Counted from the stretch's first letter, positions 23,901-35,837 are shown. The stretch: 64,000 nucleotides of DNA from Phoronis australis (GCA_002633005.1 NMRA01000293.1:3256-67255), one strand, 5' to 3'. Numbers and translations: made by a program. The notes: generated from the letters alone by a model not told the origin.

Positions 23901-26761
23901 GAAAACGTTTTTGGCCATATTTCGGGGTGCGCATGCGCCACGTCCAATATTTCCACCATCTTTGACCAGAAGTCAACGATTTTCTGCACAGTTGTAGCAC
24001 ATGCGATTTTCAGCCATGTACGTCGAAAAATGCGGCCTCTACGAGTATTTGACTGTGAAATCGGATACAAAATGGCCGCCACGTCCGCCATTTTGTATCC
24101 AATCACAACCAAAAACAATAGCGTTCTAGCAGTTCTCAATCTACACGTTGTGTGCAAATTTCATGAAAATCGGACGAAAATTGCGACCTGTAGAGAGCAA
24201 ACAAACAAAAAAAAATCCCTGTCAGACCAACATACTTGACGGAATTCGAAGAATTCCGCCAAGTAATTAAGATATTATATAAGGTGATAGAGTGATCCAA
24301 TCGGAAGAAAGGATGTATCACAGAAAATTGACAAAATAGTGAGCCTCGGTGTTGAGGATCTTTTAAACATAGTCTAGGAACAGGTTCATTCTGATACCAC
24401 GCGCATGTTTGTTGCATAAAGCAACGGCTAATAAGCGGTGCGTGGTAATTTCCAATACAATATGATACAGTGTAACCAATTAACTTACAATATCCTTTCC
24501 CTTGTGATAGCGAAGTCCTTTGGCGTACTGTTTATTGAAGTCAAATCCATGATCAATCAAGAACTGAAGTGACTTGGGTTCGACCACGTAATCATCATTA
24601 CACAACAGTGTGAGATTGAAGGTCTGTACATGAACAGATAGTGCCTTGCTATGGGACACAGCTTCATTTATGACAGTAAAACAGGAGACACCGAGGGACA
24701 GAACTGACCTTGTCTCAGCTACCTGGACTATATTGTGATACCTGTCATCAACACAACTGAAATGTACAAAGAGGAAAACAGTGTAAAAAAAACATTCGAC
24801 GTTGTTTTTGACACTTTCCGTTCTACTTTATTGCAAACTCAAGATATTAAATGAATGTTATTCTATGACTTACCAGATGATCATCTAGTTCTGGCTTGTA
24901 CTTGATGACTTCAGCATAAACACTTTAAGTTCAACACTGAAATCCATATCTGGACTTTTTACATGCGTTTGGAGCTCGAATCTAGAGGTCAACCAGTGCA
25001 ACTTGGACTTGCCAATCATCAGCATAAACCATAACATACTCAAGCACAGACACATTTGAGTCTGCACAAAGTAGAATGAAGAATGTAAAAAATACTTTTG
25101 AGTTCGATTTCGTGAATAAAGATTAAATCCCACGCCAAGGTAGTCAAACAGTAGGCCCCACATCATTTATTATCTTTTCACTGGGATCCATGGTGCATAT
25201 ATTATGTTGAAAATTATCCACTCAAGGGATTGGTGAGTGGTGAAAGTATCTAACTTAAGCATAAAATGTGAGTGATAATTAAACGAAGAAAAAAGAGAAG
25301 GAAGCAAAGTTCGCGTAATTCCTTTTCTTTCACATCATTTCTATTTCCAAATTCAAATCATGTTACATTGGAGCAACATTAGCGCAGCGCTTAGCTTAAC
25401 GCCAAGTCGCATTTGGTGACCTACAGTCAAAAATATGAGGTCGCTAAACAAAATCTGAGGTCGACAAAACTGAAAATCCCAGGTCGCCAAATGAAATCTG
25501 AGCTTGCCCCCAATCCGCCACAAAATTCATCCCACTAAAAAAAAAGAAAAAAACGTTGTACGATTGTAATGTGCCCCATTTGCAGTATCTTATGTGTTCC
25601 TCTCCAAATTCTCCCCGTAAATGTAAACATCTATATTCATTCTATAACTAAATTCCTCTGGCCACCGAACTAACACAGGACGCAAACGATCGCATATAAT
25701 GGTGGCGTGTAATCACTATCTTGCCCGATTTTTGCCGAACTTCCTTCTTTTTACTTCTTGTAATTTTAGAGCGTGTTTGATGTGTGCTGACTGCTGTAGT
25801 GGCAAATGCACTGATTTCACAAAATAAACAGAATCAAAGGTGATGAATGTATGAACATTGTTAGTAATTTAAAGTTTGGAACTCAAAACGAACTTTGAAA
25901 CGAATTTAGGGACAATTATTTTCCCACTTTTAAACTCGGAGTGGTGACTTTGTGGGGACTTTTTCCCAGGTCGCCAAACACAATCTGAGGTCGCATTGGT
26001 GACCTGCAGGTCGAGACCTGAACACCATTCAAAGCTAAAAAAGAAACAACAAAGACTACTTACTGAGCCATAAGTTTCCTCCGGTCTCCCAAACCACTCA
26101 ACTCCTGTGCAGGACAGAAAAAATGGTTTGTTTGAAACAAGAATACACATGAAACACATTGATGTCTTCACCTTGCAAATATATTTGCTTTCTTAATAGC
26201 AGTAATAATTCTTGACCACATTAACAAGATTAATTATACTAGAAAAATATGGCAATTAAACAGTAATTTAAAAGTTATTATTAGCAAAATTCTAACAGCA
26301 ACTTCTTTTCAATAGACGGTTTGAGTTTTTTAAAACTATTGAAATTCTTTGACTTACAACAGAATTACACTTCGATTACAAAAATAAAACCCAGTTGAAG
26401 ATAGTAAAAACAATTAAAAAGCTCATGTGAATTACGTTCTAAACAATATTTCAATGTATTCACCTATGTATCTCTTTCTTCTGACTGTCTATGAAGATGA
26501 GGCACACATGAAAACACCATCTACTTTATTTTATTATTTTATTATTGTGATATTTAAAATGAGGGTGGCATCTTCAGTGAAAGCACTGCTTTCCAAGAGG
26601 GCCCTTGAAATGCACATCCCTGTTGTTCTTTATCATTTTTGTCTTACCAAGTCAAATGCAATAAAAGATGACGTTTTAATAGACAACACGATAGTTGGCC
26701 ACATGTCCACAAAGTTATCACTGTTGATATCAATCACGGGAACATCTGTAATGGTTGCCAT
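20429..26761 (-). CDS. TOE1: Target of EGR1 protein 1, CAF1-family DEDDh 3'-5' exonuclease with CCCH zinc finger; whole spliced gene (6 coding exons, 1389 nt, 462 aa)
   Basis: complement(join(20429..20986,21601..21748,22205..22464,24489..24756,26064..26104,26648..26761)). Catalytic [26 protein letters not shown]; C-x8-C-x5-C-x3-H finger [20 protein letters not shown]; basic [15 protein letters not shown]; C-terminal NKLYLSGK motif. Confidence 0.96.
21601..21748 (-). CDS. TOE1: TOE1 coding exon 5
   Basis: cag|HRQNELDL...GDTCQQFA|gtatgt; supplies first Cys of the CCCH finger, phase consistent. Confidence 0.9.
22205..22464 (-). CDS. TOE1: TOE1 coding exon 4
   Basis: cag|ADETG...[20 protein letters not shown]...DTKYIAEF...[10 protein letters not shown](C)|gtgagt. 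Confidence 0.96.
22500..22720 (-). mobile_element. Degenerate tRNA-derived SINE
   Basis: Minus strand GGCAGTGTAGCATGG ... GGGTTCTAGTTCC (A/B-box-like) followed by CCCTTGAG. Confidence 0.4.
23158..24268 (-). mobile_element. Helentron-associated (HINE/DINE-1-like) non-autonomous element in a TOE1 intron
   Basis: 13-bp subterminal IR ACTTGGCGGAATT (23184-23196) / AATTCCGCCAAGT (24252-24264); terminal hairpin 24234-24264; (GTTT)n tract and CGATTTTCATGAAATTTG core. Confidence 0.75.
24489..24756 (-). CDS. TOE1: TOE1 coding exon 3
   Basis: cag|CVDDRY...[12 protein letters not shown]...FNLTLLC...[13 protein letters not shown]...KGKDI|gtaagt. Confidence 0.96.
26064..26104 (-). CDS. TOE1: TOE1 coding exon 2
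   Basis: cag|[13 protein letters not shown](H)|gtaagt, 41 nt. Confidence 0.95.
26648..26761 (-). CDS. TOE1: TOE1 coding exon 1
   Basis: [38 protein letters not shown]|gtaag; acceptor tttcag 16 nt upstream of the ATG implies an upstream non-coding exon. Confidence 0.93.
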
Positions 26762-27535
26762 AGTGATAGGTTTAATCCTGAAACAAAATTAACACAATCT
26801 TGGGATAACTTGAGGTATGTAACACCAACAGCAGGAACACATCGTACAGGGTGACTCAAAAGCAAATCAACAAAATTTTGTATGATGTCCTCACATCTAA
26901 TTTTTTTGGAAAGAGCAAAAATCAAATACAAACTGACTTGTATGGTTAAAACTTTGGAAGGATAATCCTGAGACTGAAGTTTAGTTAACCAAATTAAAAA
27001 AAATTGTTTTATGTAGGATAAATAAAAATTAGGGGTTGAGGTTTCTTAGGTCACCATGTATTAGCAATCCTTTCTTGTAAGAAGGACCAGTGTGAGCCTT
27101 ACCCAGTTGGTGAGAAACCTCTCTGTAACAATTCAATGACATTAAAAAATTGGAGCATTGTAGGCTACAGACAGATTTTTGTTAAATTCCCCAATGTATG
27201 GTTATGGGAATACACTTGCATGAAAACCAGCTGCAATAGAGGCTCTGGTAAAATCTAGTATTCTTCATTAACACAAAAATTGTTAATTGTTTTACTTTTT
27301 GTTAACCTCCAGACACCGACTTAGTGGCAGAGACAGTAACCAGAGCAAGAAGTCTAAACAAGATTACTTGTGGAATTGTAAGATTTCTGGTCAAGTACAG
27401 CACTAAAAGTCTTACTGACAGCAAATGCCTGAAGTGATGCCTTGAGAAGGTGAGAAAATTACAAGAATTTGGACAGTGTTATGAAGCCCTTTCTTAATCA
27501 CTCACCTAAGGGCAAAAGATAGTTTCAACAAATAC

Positions 27536-27928
27536 AGCCAGTGCCGTGCAGACGGTGATGCTCCCATAGGGCCTTCATACACTGGAAGATTTGCCGCCAA
27601 TTATGCCTCACACTGCTGGAGATACCACATCATATCAACTGGCGTGTACGGTGTAAAATTGCCCAGTTGCTGATTTGTGCAACTGAACGAAGGACTGCTT
27701 TGAAAAAAGTTTCATTACAGGAGTATTTGTCTGAGTTGGAAGGAATTAAAGACATCAACGTCCTCATAAGGTGTCCCTCTACTAGTATGCCCAAAAGGTT
27801 ACTTATAGCAACATGACTTTGATGGTTTAATTAGTGTGAGGCATAATTTGCTGACAAACTTCTGGCGTATGAAGACTCCATGGGAGCATCACCATCTCTA
27901 TTGCTAAGTAGAGACGGTGGCACTGTCT
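27536..27928. mobile_element. MITE with ~65-bp imperfect TIRs; internal part repeated at ~28010-28222
   Basis: GACGGTGATGCTCCCAT...ATTATGCCTCACACT (27551-27614) vs AGTGTGAGGCATAAT...ATGGGAGCATCACCATC (27833-27896). Confidence 0.65.
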
Positions 27929-30594
27929 AGCTAGATTTTTGGATAGTCCATGTCTCTGTAAGTCACTAGAATTGGCTAAACATTGTTAATGACAACATTA
28001 TACCCTGGCACAAGCAGTGTAAAAATGACCAGTTGTAGATTTGGGCAACTGAACAAAGGACTGTTTGAAAGAAAAAGTTGGGAGAATTTGTTCAAGCTAG
28101 GAATAGTTAAAGGTATCACTCAACGGCCTCCTAGGTTGTCCCTCTACGCGCAAAAGGTGCTTATACAGCTTATAATGATTATAGCAATATAGGACTTTGA
28201 TGACATAATCAATGTGAGGTGCAATCCCTAAAAAGCATGTGGCGGCTCTATGCCAGTAAGGCCATACTGTCTAAGCCTGCCTAAGTCCTAAGCGGCCTCG
28301 CTACGGCTAAGCCTAGGTCTAAAAAGTCATCGGTGGACTGATTTTTATTTAGCCCAAAGACTTTGGCAAAGTCGTACAATTACTGAAATTTTTCACGAAA
28401 TTCTAACCATTCTACAAATACCTAAGCTCTCACGTCAACTTCTTCACTTGAGACTTTACAGAGCCTTTTCTAATCGTCTACAATGAACAAATGTCAGTTT
28501 TCAGCTTTTTTCCAGGGCTTTTCACAGACAAGTCATAAGAGGCAGACATGTTTTCAATCAGTTTCTAGTGCATTTCGCAGACAAGTCATGGAGGCAGACA
28601 TGTTTTATACAACAGCGACACCTAATCAACACGGCTGCTGCCACCTGTGACCAGGGGCGAGCACAACTGAAACAACTATGAATGAATGAAAAATCATTCA
28701 TTGGGTTCCACTCAGAAGGCATACACACAAATTGAGAACTGTCGGGCATCCGGCCCGAGAACCTCGGCGAGGGTTTGGGCGGATCTTGGACTCAAACAAC
28801 TCTCAGACTTGTTAACGCGAATTTGGTGCACTGCACTGCTGAGTGTTGCTTGAGTGAGTACGGTAGTTTCACTGAGGGGCAACTTATTTTTTGTTTTTGA
28901 AAAATCCAAATCCTTGTTTATGACCGCCAATATTAAGTTCCAGGACTTTGAAAAGGTCGGTAAATATTCATACAATCCCATAAAATCACGCCTTACAGTA
29001 GATATAATCCACACAGTGAATCGCACTCAAAGTGAAAACTCACTGATCTTCAGTGCTATCTTCAAAAGAAATTTTGATTCTTCGGGCTCATTTGACTAAC
29101 TTATCCATTAAGTCAGGATAAGGATATTGCTCACCAACAGTGCCGGGTCTTCTAGTATACCAGTCAAAATTTCTTAAATTCCATTAACGCTAGTGTATGC
29201 TTTTTATTCATGATCACAGCGGGTTTGGTTGTCAACCGCATATCTCAAGTTGTTGCAGTACTTTTATTGAAAATCACGTTTGCTTTTACTGGGCAATTGG
29301 AAATTCTCGAGGCTCACTGAAATTCTCACTTCGCTGTCCATGCAGCTTCTGTTAATGTTTTTTCCTATTGTTTTTTCCAAAAGATGCTGCCGTGCCAACT
29401 TTGTTTCCCGTCAGTTAGATCGAACTTGTGCCCAACTCCTTTTAGTAAGAGTTGAGCACAAAAGCGTGACATCGGGCTGACTTAGTACTCAGTGGAGTTA
29501 AAACGTCAGTGATGTCGAATGTCTTGTACTGAAAGCTCACAGTTTACAATGCGGAATCTAATTGATTGCAAACGACGTTGATCTTCGAGTGTACCAATAT
29601 GTACACTGAGATAGGCCCTACTCCGTCCACCACAAAGACGCAATGTCAACAACCGCGCCTACTTCGGCTCGTTGAGTGTATTTGCAGTGTGCCCACGACT
29701 GGCGCGTTAAAATATAGGTCATCAGTGGTTATTCGCGCTCTCTTACCACTTGCTCTGCTTTTTCAGGATCACCCCAAATTGTGTGCGTTCAACCGAGAGA
29801 CAATTGATTAACAGGTAATTTTTTTTCAGTAATTAAGTTTAGTGCAGATCACCAACAATGAATATTCACTTCCAATGCTTAAAGAAATGATTTGCAGATT
29901 TTCACACATGCATATAGCCTAGTTTGATCGTTTTCCCAGTCGGGTCATCCATCGAGGTCAGATTTTCTCCCTCCAAACGAAGGATTCGTAGCAGATGCAG
30001 TTAGTTCCCGGCACAGCTTAGCTTGAAACCTTCTTTGGCCGATAGTCATTCAAAGTTTGTTGGTGTGTAGCAGTCACTTTGGTTATTGTAAGACTCTTGT
30101 GCATTTCATGTATTGTTTTTTCCAAACTGAAATGTTCGCCAATCAGTTCTACACAATGCATTAACGCGCCATCTGATACTACAGCAATAACTACAATAAC
30201 ACGAGTTGATACCGCGAATACAGACCAGCGACGCAGAGAGCCACGGCAATACAGACAGCATTTCTTGGGTTTCAAACTCACTAAATATGACTAAATTTTT
30301 GTGAAATTTTGGGATTTTGTGAATATAAGTTGGGTTCATATATGAGTAATTGTAACTGTTCAAAACTTCACGTTCCCGCAACGTCAAATTTTTAACAAGG
30401 TACCGAGCGGTTGAAAGATTATTATTACTCATAAATACATGCACCTGCATGACTAAATTATTTACATGCTCTATAAGTTAGGTTTCATCTTTGGATCCCC
30501 TACACACTGGATATCATTCAGTAAAACTTGAAAATGACATAATATTTATTCTCAAAACATTTCTTTTCATTTGTAGTCCACAGAAATCTCAGCC

Positions 30595-30776
30595 ATGGCC
30601 GATTTCCATATGAGCGTCAGTGTGGCGCTGGTCGCCGCGGTACTGTTGGGTGAGGTACTCAATGTCTTGTGGTATTCGCACCACAGTCCATGGGGACACC
30701 ACTGGGACGACAGATACTTTGTCACTTCTATCGTATGTGACGTAGGCCTGGCCTTTGTGCTGAGCTTCCTCATGAA
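30595..30776 (+). CDS. Second copy of DUF1761-like exon 1 (probably allelic haplotype copy, cut off by gap)
   Basis: Reads identical to 33106..33287; N-gap begins 20 nt later. Confidence 0.5.
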
Positions 30777-30795
30777 GTAAGTGGTAGTATGTACG

Positions 30796-31329
30796 NNNNN
30801 NNNNNNNNNNNNNNNNNNNNNNNNNNNNNNNNNNNNNNNNNNNNNNNNNNNNNNNNNNNNNNNNNNNNNNNNNNNNNNNNNNNNNNNNNNNNNNNNNNNN
30901 NNNNNNNNNNNNNNNNNNNNNNNNNNNNNNNNNNNNNNNNNNNNNNNNNNNNNNNNNNNNNNNNNNNNNNNNNNNNNNNNNNNNNNNNNNNNNNNNNNNN
31001 NNNNNNNNNNNNNNNNNNNNNNNNNNNNNNNNNNNNNNNNNNNNNNNNNNNNNNNNNNNNNNNNNNNNNNNNNNNNNNNNNNNNNNNNNNNNNNNNNNNN
31101 NNNNNNNNNNNNNNNNNNNNNNNNNNNNNNNNNNNNNNNNNNNNNNNNNNNNNNNNNNNNNNNNNNNNNNNNNNNNNNNNNNNNNNNNNNNNNNNNNNNN
31201 NNNNNNNNNNNNNNNNNNNNNNNNNNNNNNNNNNNNNNNNNNNNNNNNNNNNNNNNNNNNNNNNNNNNNNNNNNNNNNNNNNNNNNNNNNNNNNNNNNNN
31301 NNNNNNNNNNNNNNNNNNNNNNNNNNNNN
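30796..31329. other. Assembly gap (534 N)
   Basis: Run of N. Confidence 1.
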
Positions 31330-33105
31330 CAGAAGGCATACACACAAATTGAGAACTGTCGGGCATCCCGGCGGCCCGAGAACCTCGACGAGGATTTGGG
31401 CGGATCTTGGACTCAAACAACTTTCAGACTTGTTAACGCGAATTTAGTGCACTGCACTGCTGACTTCTAGTGTTGCTTGACTGCCGTGAGTAGTACGGTA
31501 GTTTCACTGAGGGTTGCAACTTTTTTTGTTTTTGAAAAATCCAAATCCTTGTTTACGACCGCCAATATTAAGTTCCAGGACCTTGAAACGGTCGGTAAAT
31601 ATTCATACAATCCCATAAAATCAGCGGGTTTGGTCACGGTTGTCAACCGCGGCATATCTCAAGTTGTTGCAGTGAAAATCACGTTTGCTTTTACTGGGCA
31701 ATTGGAAATTCTCGAGGCTCACTGAAATTTTCACTTCGCTGTCCATGCAGCTTCTGTTAATGTTTTTTTCCTGTTGTTTTTTTTCCAAAAGATGCTGCCG
31801 TGCCAACTTTGTTTCCCGTCGGTTAGATCGAACTTGTGCCCAACTCCTTTTAAGAGTTGAGCACAAAAGCGTGACATCGGGCTGACTTAGTACAGTGGAG
31901 TTAAAACTTCAGTGTTGTCGAATGTCTTGTACTGAAAGCTCACAGTTTACAATGCAGAATCTAATTGATTGCAAACGAGGTTGATCTTCAAGTGCACCAA
32001 TATGTACACTGAGATAGGCCCTACTCCACCACAAAGACGCAATGTCAACAACCGCGCCTACTTCGGCTCGTTGAGTGTATTTGCAGTGTGCCCACGACTG
32101 GCGCGTTAAATATAGGTCATCAGTGGTTATTCGCGCTCTCTTACCACTTGCTCTGCTGTTTCAGGATCACCCCAAATTGTGTGCGTTCAACCCAGAGACA
32201 TTTGATTAACAGGTAATTTTTTTCAGTAAGTTTAGTGCAGATCACCAACAATGAATTTTCACTTCCAATGCTTAAAGAAATGATTTGAAGATTTTCACAC
32301 ATGTATATAGCCTAGTTTGATAGTTTTCCCAGTCGGGTCATCCATCGAGGTCAGACCATTCTTATAAGTATGTTCATGTTCGTACACCAAACTCAATGCT
32401 AGCATGATTTCCGCCATGAGGGAACCTTTTATTATCTGCCAAATTTTAGGTATAAGTGATCACACAATGTACTCCTAACGGATTTTCTCCCTCCAAACGA
32501 AGGATTCGTGGCAGATGCAGTTGGTTCCCGGCACAGCTTAGCTTGAAACCTGCATTGGCCGATAGTCATTCAAAGTTTGTTGGTGTGTAGCAGTCACTTT
32601 GGTTATTGTAAGACTCTTGTGCATTTCATGTATTGTTTTTTCCAAACTGAAATGTGCGCCAATCAGTTCTACACAATGCATTAACGCGCCATCTGATACT
32701 ACAGCAGTACAATAACACGAGCTGATACCGCGAATACAGACCCGCGACGCAGAGAGCCACAGCAATACAGACAGCATTTCTTGCGTTTCAAACTCACTAA
32801 ATATGACTAAATTTTTGTGAAATTTTGGGATTTTGTGAATATAAGTTGGGTTCATATATGAGTAAACTGTTCAAAACTTGACGTTCCCGCAACGTCAAAT
32901 TTTTAATAAAGTACGAGCGGTTGAAAGATTATAATTACTCATAAATACATGCACCTGGATGACTAAATTATTTATATCGCTTTATAAGTTAGGTTTCATC
33001 TTTGGATCCCCTACACACTGAATATCATCCAGTAAAACTTGAAAATGACATAATATTTATTCTCAAAACATTTCTTTTCATTTGTAGTCCACAGAAATCT
33101 CAGCC

Positions 33106-33287
33106 ATGGCCGATTTCCATATGAGCGTCAGTGTGGCGCTGGTCGCCGCGGTACTGTTGGGTGAGGTACTCAATGTCTTGTGGTATTCGCACCACAGTCC
33201 ATGGGGACACCACTGGGACGACAGATACTTTGTCACTTCTATCGTATGTGACGTAGGCCTGGCCTTTGTGCTGAGCTTCCTCATGAA
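33106..33287 (+). CDS. DUF1761-like protein coding exon 1
   Basis: MADFHMSVSVALVAAVLLGEVLNVLWYSHHSPWGHHWDDRYFVTSIVCDVGLAFVLSFLM(K)|gtaagt; acceptor tttgtag ends at 33087. Confidence 0.82.
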
Positions 33288-35056
33288 GTAAGTGGTAGTA
33301 TGTACAGTACGATTGAATTCGGTTAGCAGTTGAGAAAACCATACCCCACAGTGCGCGCCTTTTAAAATAAATGTGGGACCGGTATGAGCAGAAAACGAAA
33401 AATTCGAGACTGTATTTCAAATGGGACAAAGTACCCACGAATGACTAGTGTAAGAACTATTTTAACTGCACTAGTGGATGATCTGGGGGACTAAAGTTTA
33501 TTTCTCTGAGAAGCGCCGGGTAGCATCAGTCTCTTTGTGCGTTAAGATGGGTGCGCGTGCATTGTGAACTTTGGCTCTACTCGCAATAAAATGAACATTG
33601 CCCATTTTTGCCACAAAACGCGTTCAAATGTGAACGCTACGTTTTGTTTTAATTTGCACGGGAAACCATTATTAAGCATTTTTTTCACTAACAGCAATTT
33701 AATCAAACTCGTAGTTAAATCAGCACTGAGATTTTCGCTGGTAATTCTCTTGATGCTAATTTTTTTAGTAGACCTTTTTAACTGATTATTTCGTCTTAAG
33801 AATAATGTTGCCAGTAAATCGAAAACATTATATGCAGGTAGTCTTCAGTAATGTGGGAAAGAGAAGTACGAAATTTCACAATATCTGATCAAGCATTATA
33901 AAAGGCACCAAAAGATATATGATTAAATATCAGCTGGCAACATATTGCATTTCCTGAGCATCCCAGTCGTCAGCGAAAAACGTCACTATGACGACAAAAA
34001 GAAAATACACGTACATGTCGGTTGTGTCGGAATACCCACAGCTATATGACTAGTTTGAGTGTTCGGCAGAAGGCATGCACTGGCAAACAGTTATTTGCAA
34101 AGAGTGACTAACAACACACACAGTGTATTATGTTTGCAAACAAAATGTTTCTTAGTGTAGATTAGCTTAGAATACCACGTGGTCACTGATATTATTCGAT
34201 TCTATAAAATCAGCATTTATGGAAAACTTCCGGTACAGCTTGCAATACCTTCCCCTGCGGTCGGTTTTGTTGGTGATGCACGTATTGTTTGATCAATGCT
34301 CAAAAGGTTTCTTTAAATAAGAAAGTAATTATGAGAAAACCGAGTTAACAGCTAGATATCTCGTCTGTGAGAGTTCTCCGATATCTTAGCTCTTGTTCAT
34401 TTACTTGTTTTTATGTACAGTAGCCTGAGAAGCCGGGTGGATTTTTGCACAGAAAGAGCCTTTTCGGAATGCTAACCCTCCCACTGCGATACTATTGTGG
34501 TTAATGTGAAATAAATAGCTTCAAATGTTCGAGTTGAAATAAATGGAGATACGAAATCAGTCCCTAAGCATTGCTACATGTACCTTTTTCGCAGTTCAAC
34601 GAAACAGAAATCACGCGACATCGAATATTAACAGAGAGCAGTTTTTCTTCAAATGAGGAATCCATCTACGTGTGTGTATGTTAGTGCTAAGGCTTGCAAG
34701 TCCAGGAATAAACTATAGCAAAGAGATATGTATTCAAGTCGACTGTGCTTTGATTTTAAATTTCTTTCCTTTAAAAAATATCCTGATGGGAAGCATAAAG
34801 AACTGCGTGAAAACGTACGTGGGAAGCGCACATTACAATGTCTCAATGTTTATTTTCCAGGAATTATTGGGGTGTCAGTAAACCAGAAGACGCCGCCTTC
34901 TTGTCTGCTTTTCTGACGCTGGTCTTCTTCTGTCTACAAGCGCCACACTACGTCCACAACGGGAGATCGTTTTCCTACTTTTTCTTTCATTGCATCCACA
35001 AAATGGCGCTCATGTTCGTCATGTCTTTTTCGTTGTACTATTTTAGAAACTATTAA
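33106..35056 (+). CDS. Uncharacterised 125-aa four-TM membrane protein, DUF1761-like (2 coding exons)
   Basis: join(33106..33287,34861..35056); GCCATGG start, AA|gtaagt ... ttccag|G rebuilds a Lys codon; four hydrophobic segments; N-terminal LVAAV...LWYS...WG..W and C-terminal hydrophobic helix pair recall DUF1761. Confidence 0.8.
34861..35056 (+). CDS. DUF1761-like protein coding exon 2
   Basis: ttttccag|NYWGVSKPEDAAFLSAFLTLVFFCLQAPHYVHNGRSFSYFFFHCIHKMALMFVMSFSLYYFRNY-TAA, in phase with exon 1. Confidence 0.8.
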
Positions 35057-35248
35057 ATTTGTAGCTAAAGAACAATGTAAAGTTAGGGTATAGACTAGTT
35101 TTTTCGTTGTACTATTTAGAAACTATTAAATTTGTAGCTAAAGAACAATGTAAAATTACGGTATAGACTAGTTTTTTCGTTGTACTATTTTAGAAACTAT
35201 TTAGTTTGTAGCTAAAGAACAATGTAAAGTTGCGATATAGAATAGCTT
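35026..35248. repeat. 3 x ~73-bp tandem repeat overlapping the DUF1761-like stop codon
   Basis: TTTTTCGTTGTACTATTTTAGAAACTATTAAATTTGTAGCTAAAGAACAATGTAAAGTT...; CGTTG at 35031, 35105, 35178. Confidence 0.93.
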
Positions 35249-35656
35249 TTAGCAGCGAATGTGCGCACAACTAATGAAATTTGACCTTGTAATAGTTCAA
35301 AGATGTAAAGATCCTTCTTGCTGTCCAAAAATAATCACCGGCGTTAGATATTAATGTCTTAACGACAACTATTAGGTTAGAGTTTTGAATATGAAGAACT
35401 GTCTTCACCAACAGACTCAAGAGACTCTATATAGAGCTTGCTACTTAATACATTGATCTACATTTTTAAATTTGAACTGTTTACTCTCCACCACGTAAGT
35501 GTGGCTTCGTATAACCGTATATGCGTGTATTTAGGCTCTTGCACCCATATTGGAGAAAATGCGTGTATTTCAATTAGAATCATTAGTGTTTTGCATATCG
35601 GGGAATGCGTGCATGCTTCGCATATAGGCCCATGCGGCTGTCAAGGTTTTCGTGTT

Positions 35657-35662
35657 TGTGTG

Positions 35663-35711
<49 letters not shown>

Positions 35712-35733
35712 GCGTGCGTGTGTGTGTGTGTGT
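35657..35733. repeat. Compound (GT)n(GCGT)n(GT)n microsatellite
   Basis: direct reading. Confidence 0.97.
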
Positions 35734-35837
35734 TGTCCTTTATTAGTGGATGCAAGTCTAAGTTTACCATTTTGCAACGTCTAGTTTCACCCATATAATA
35801 TTTTATGCCTTCGAAACAATGACAATGAATGTCAGGT

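Larger units (their letters stand above)
28713..33305. repeat. ~2-kb duplication flanking an assembly gap (probable two haplotypes)
   Basis: 28713-30795 vs 31330-33305; both copies end exactly at the N run. Confidence 0.9.

Noticed and set aside
30567-31470. Long ORFs of 187-275 aa in the track
   Set aside because: They are translations through the N gap
33935-33995. Minus-strand CTGACGA-stem-GAAA resembling a hammerhead ribozyme core
   Set aside because: Stem II pairs, but no UH cleavage triplet with compatible stems I and III can be built
35438-35794. ORFs with CVCV/THAR repeats
   Set aside because: Translations of the GT/GCGT microsatellite
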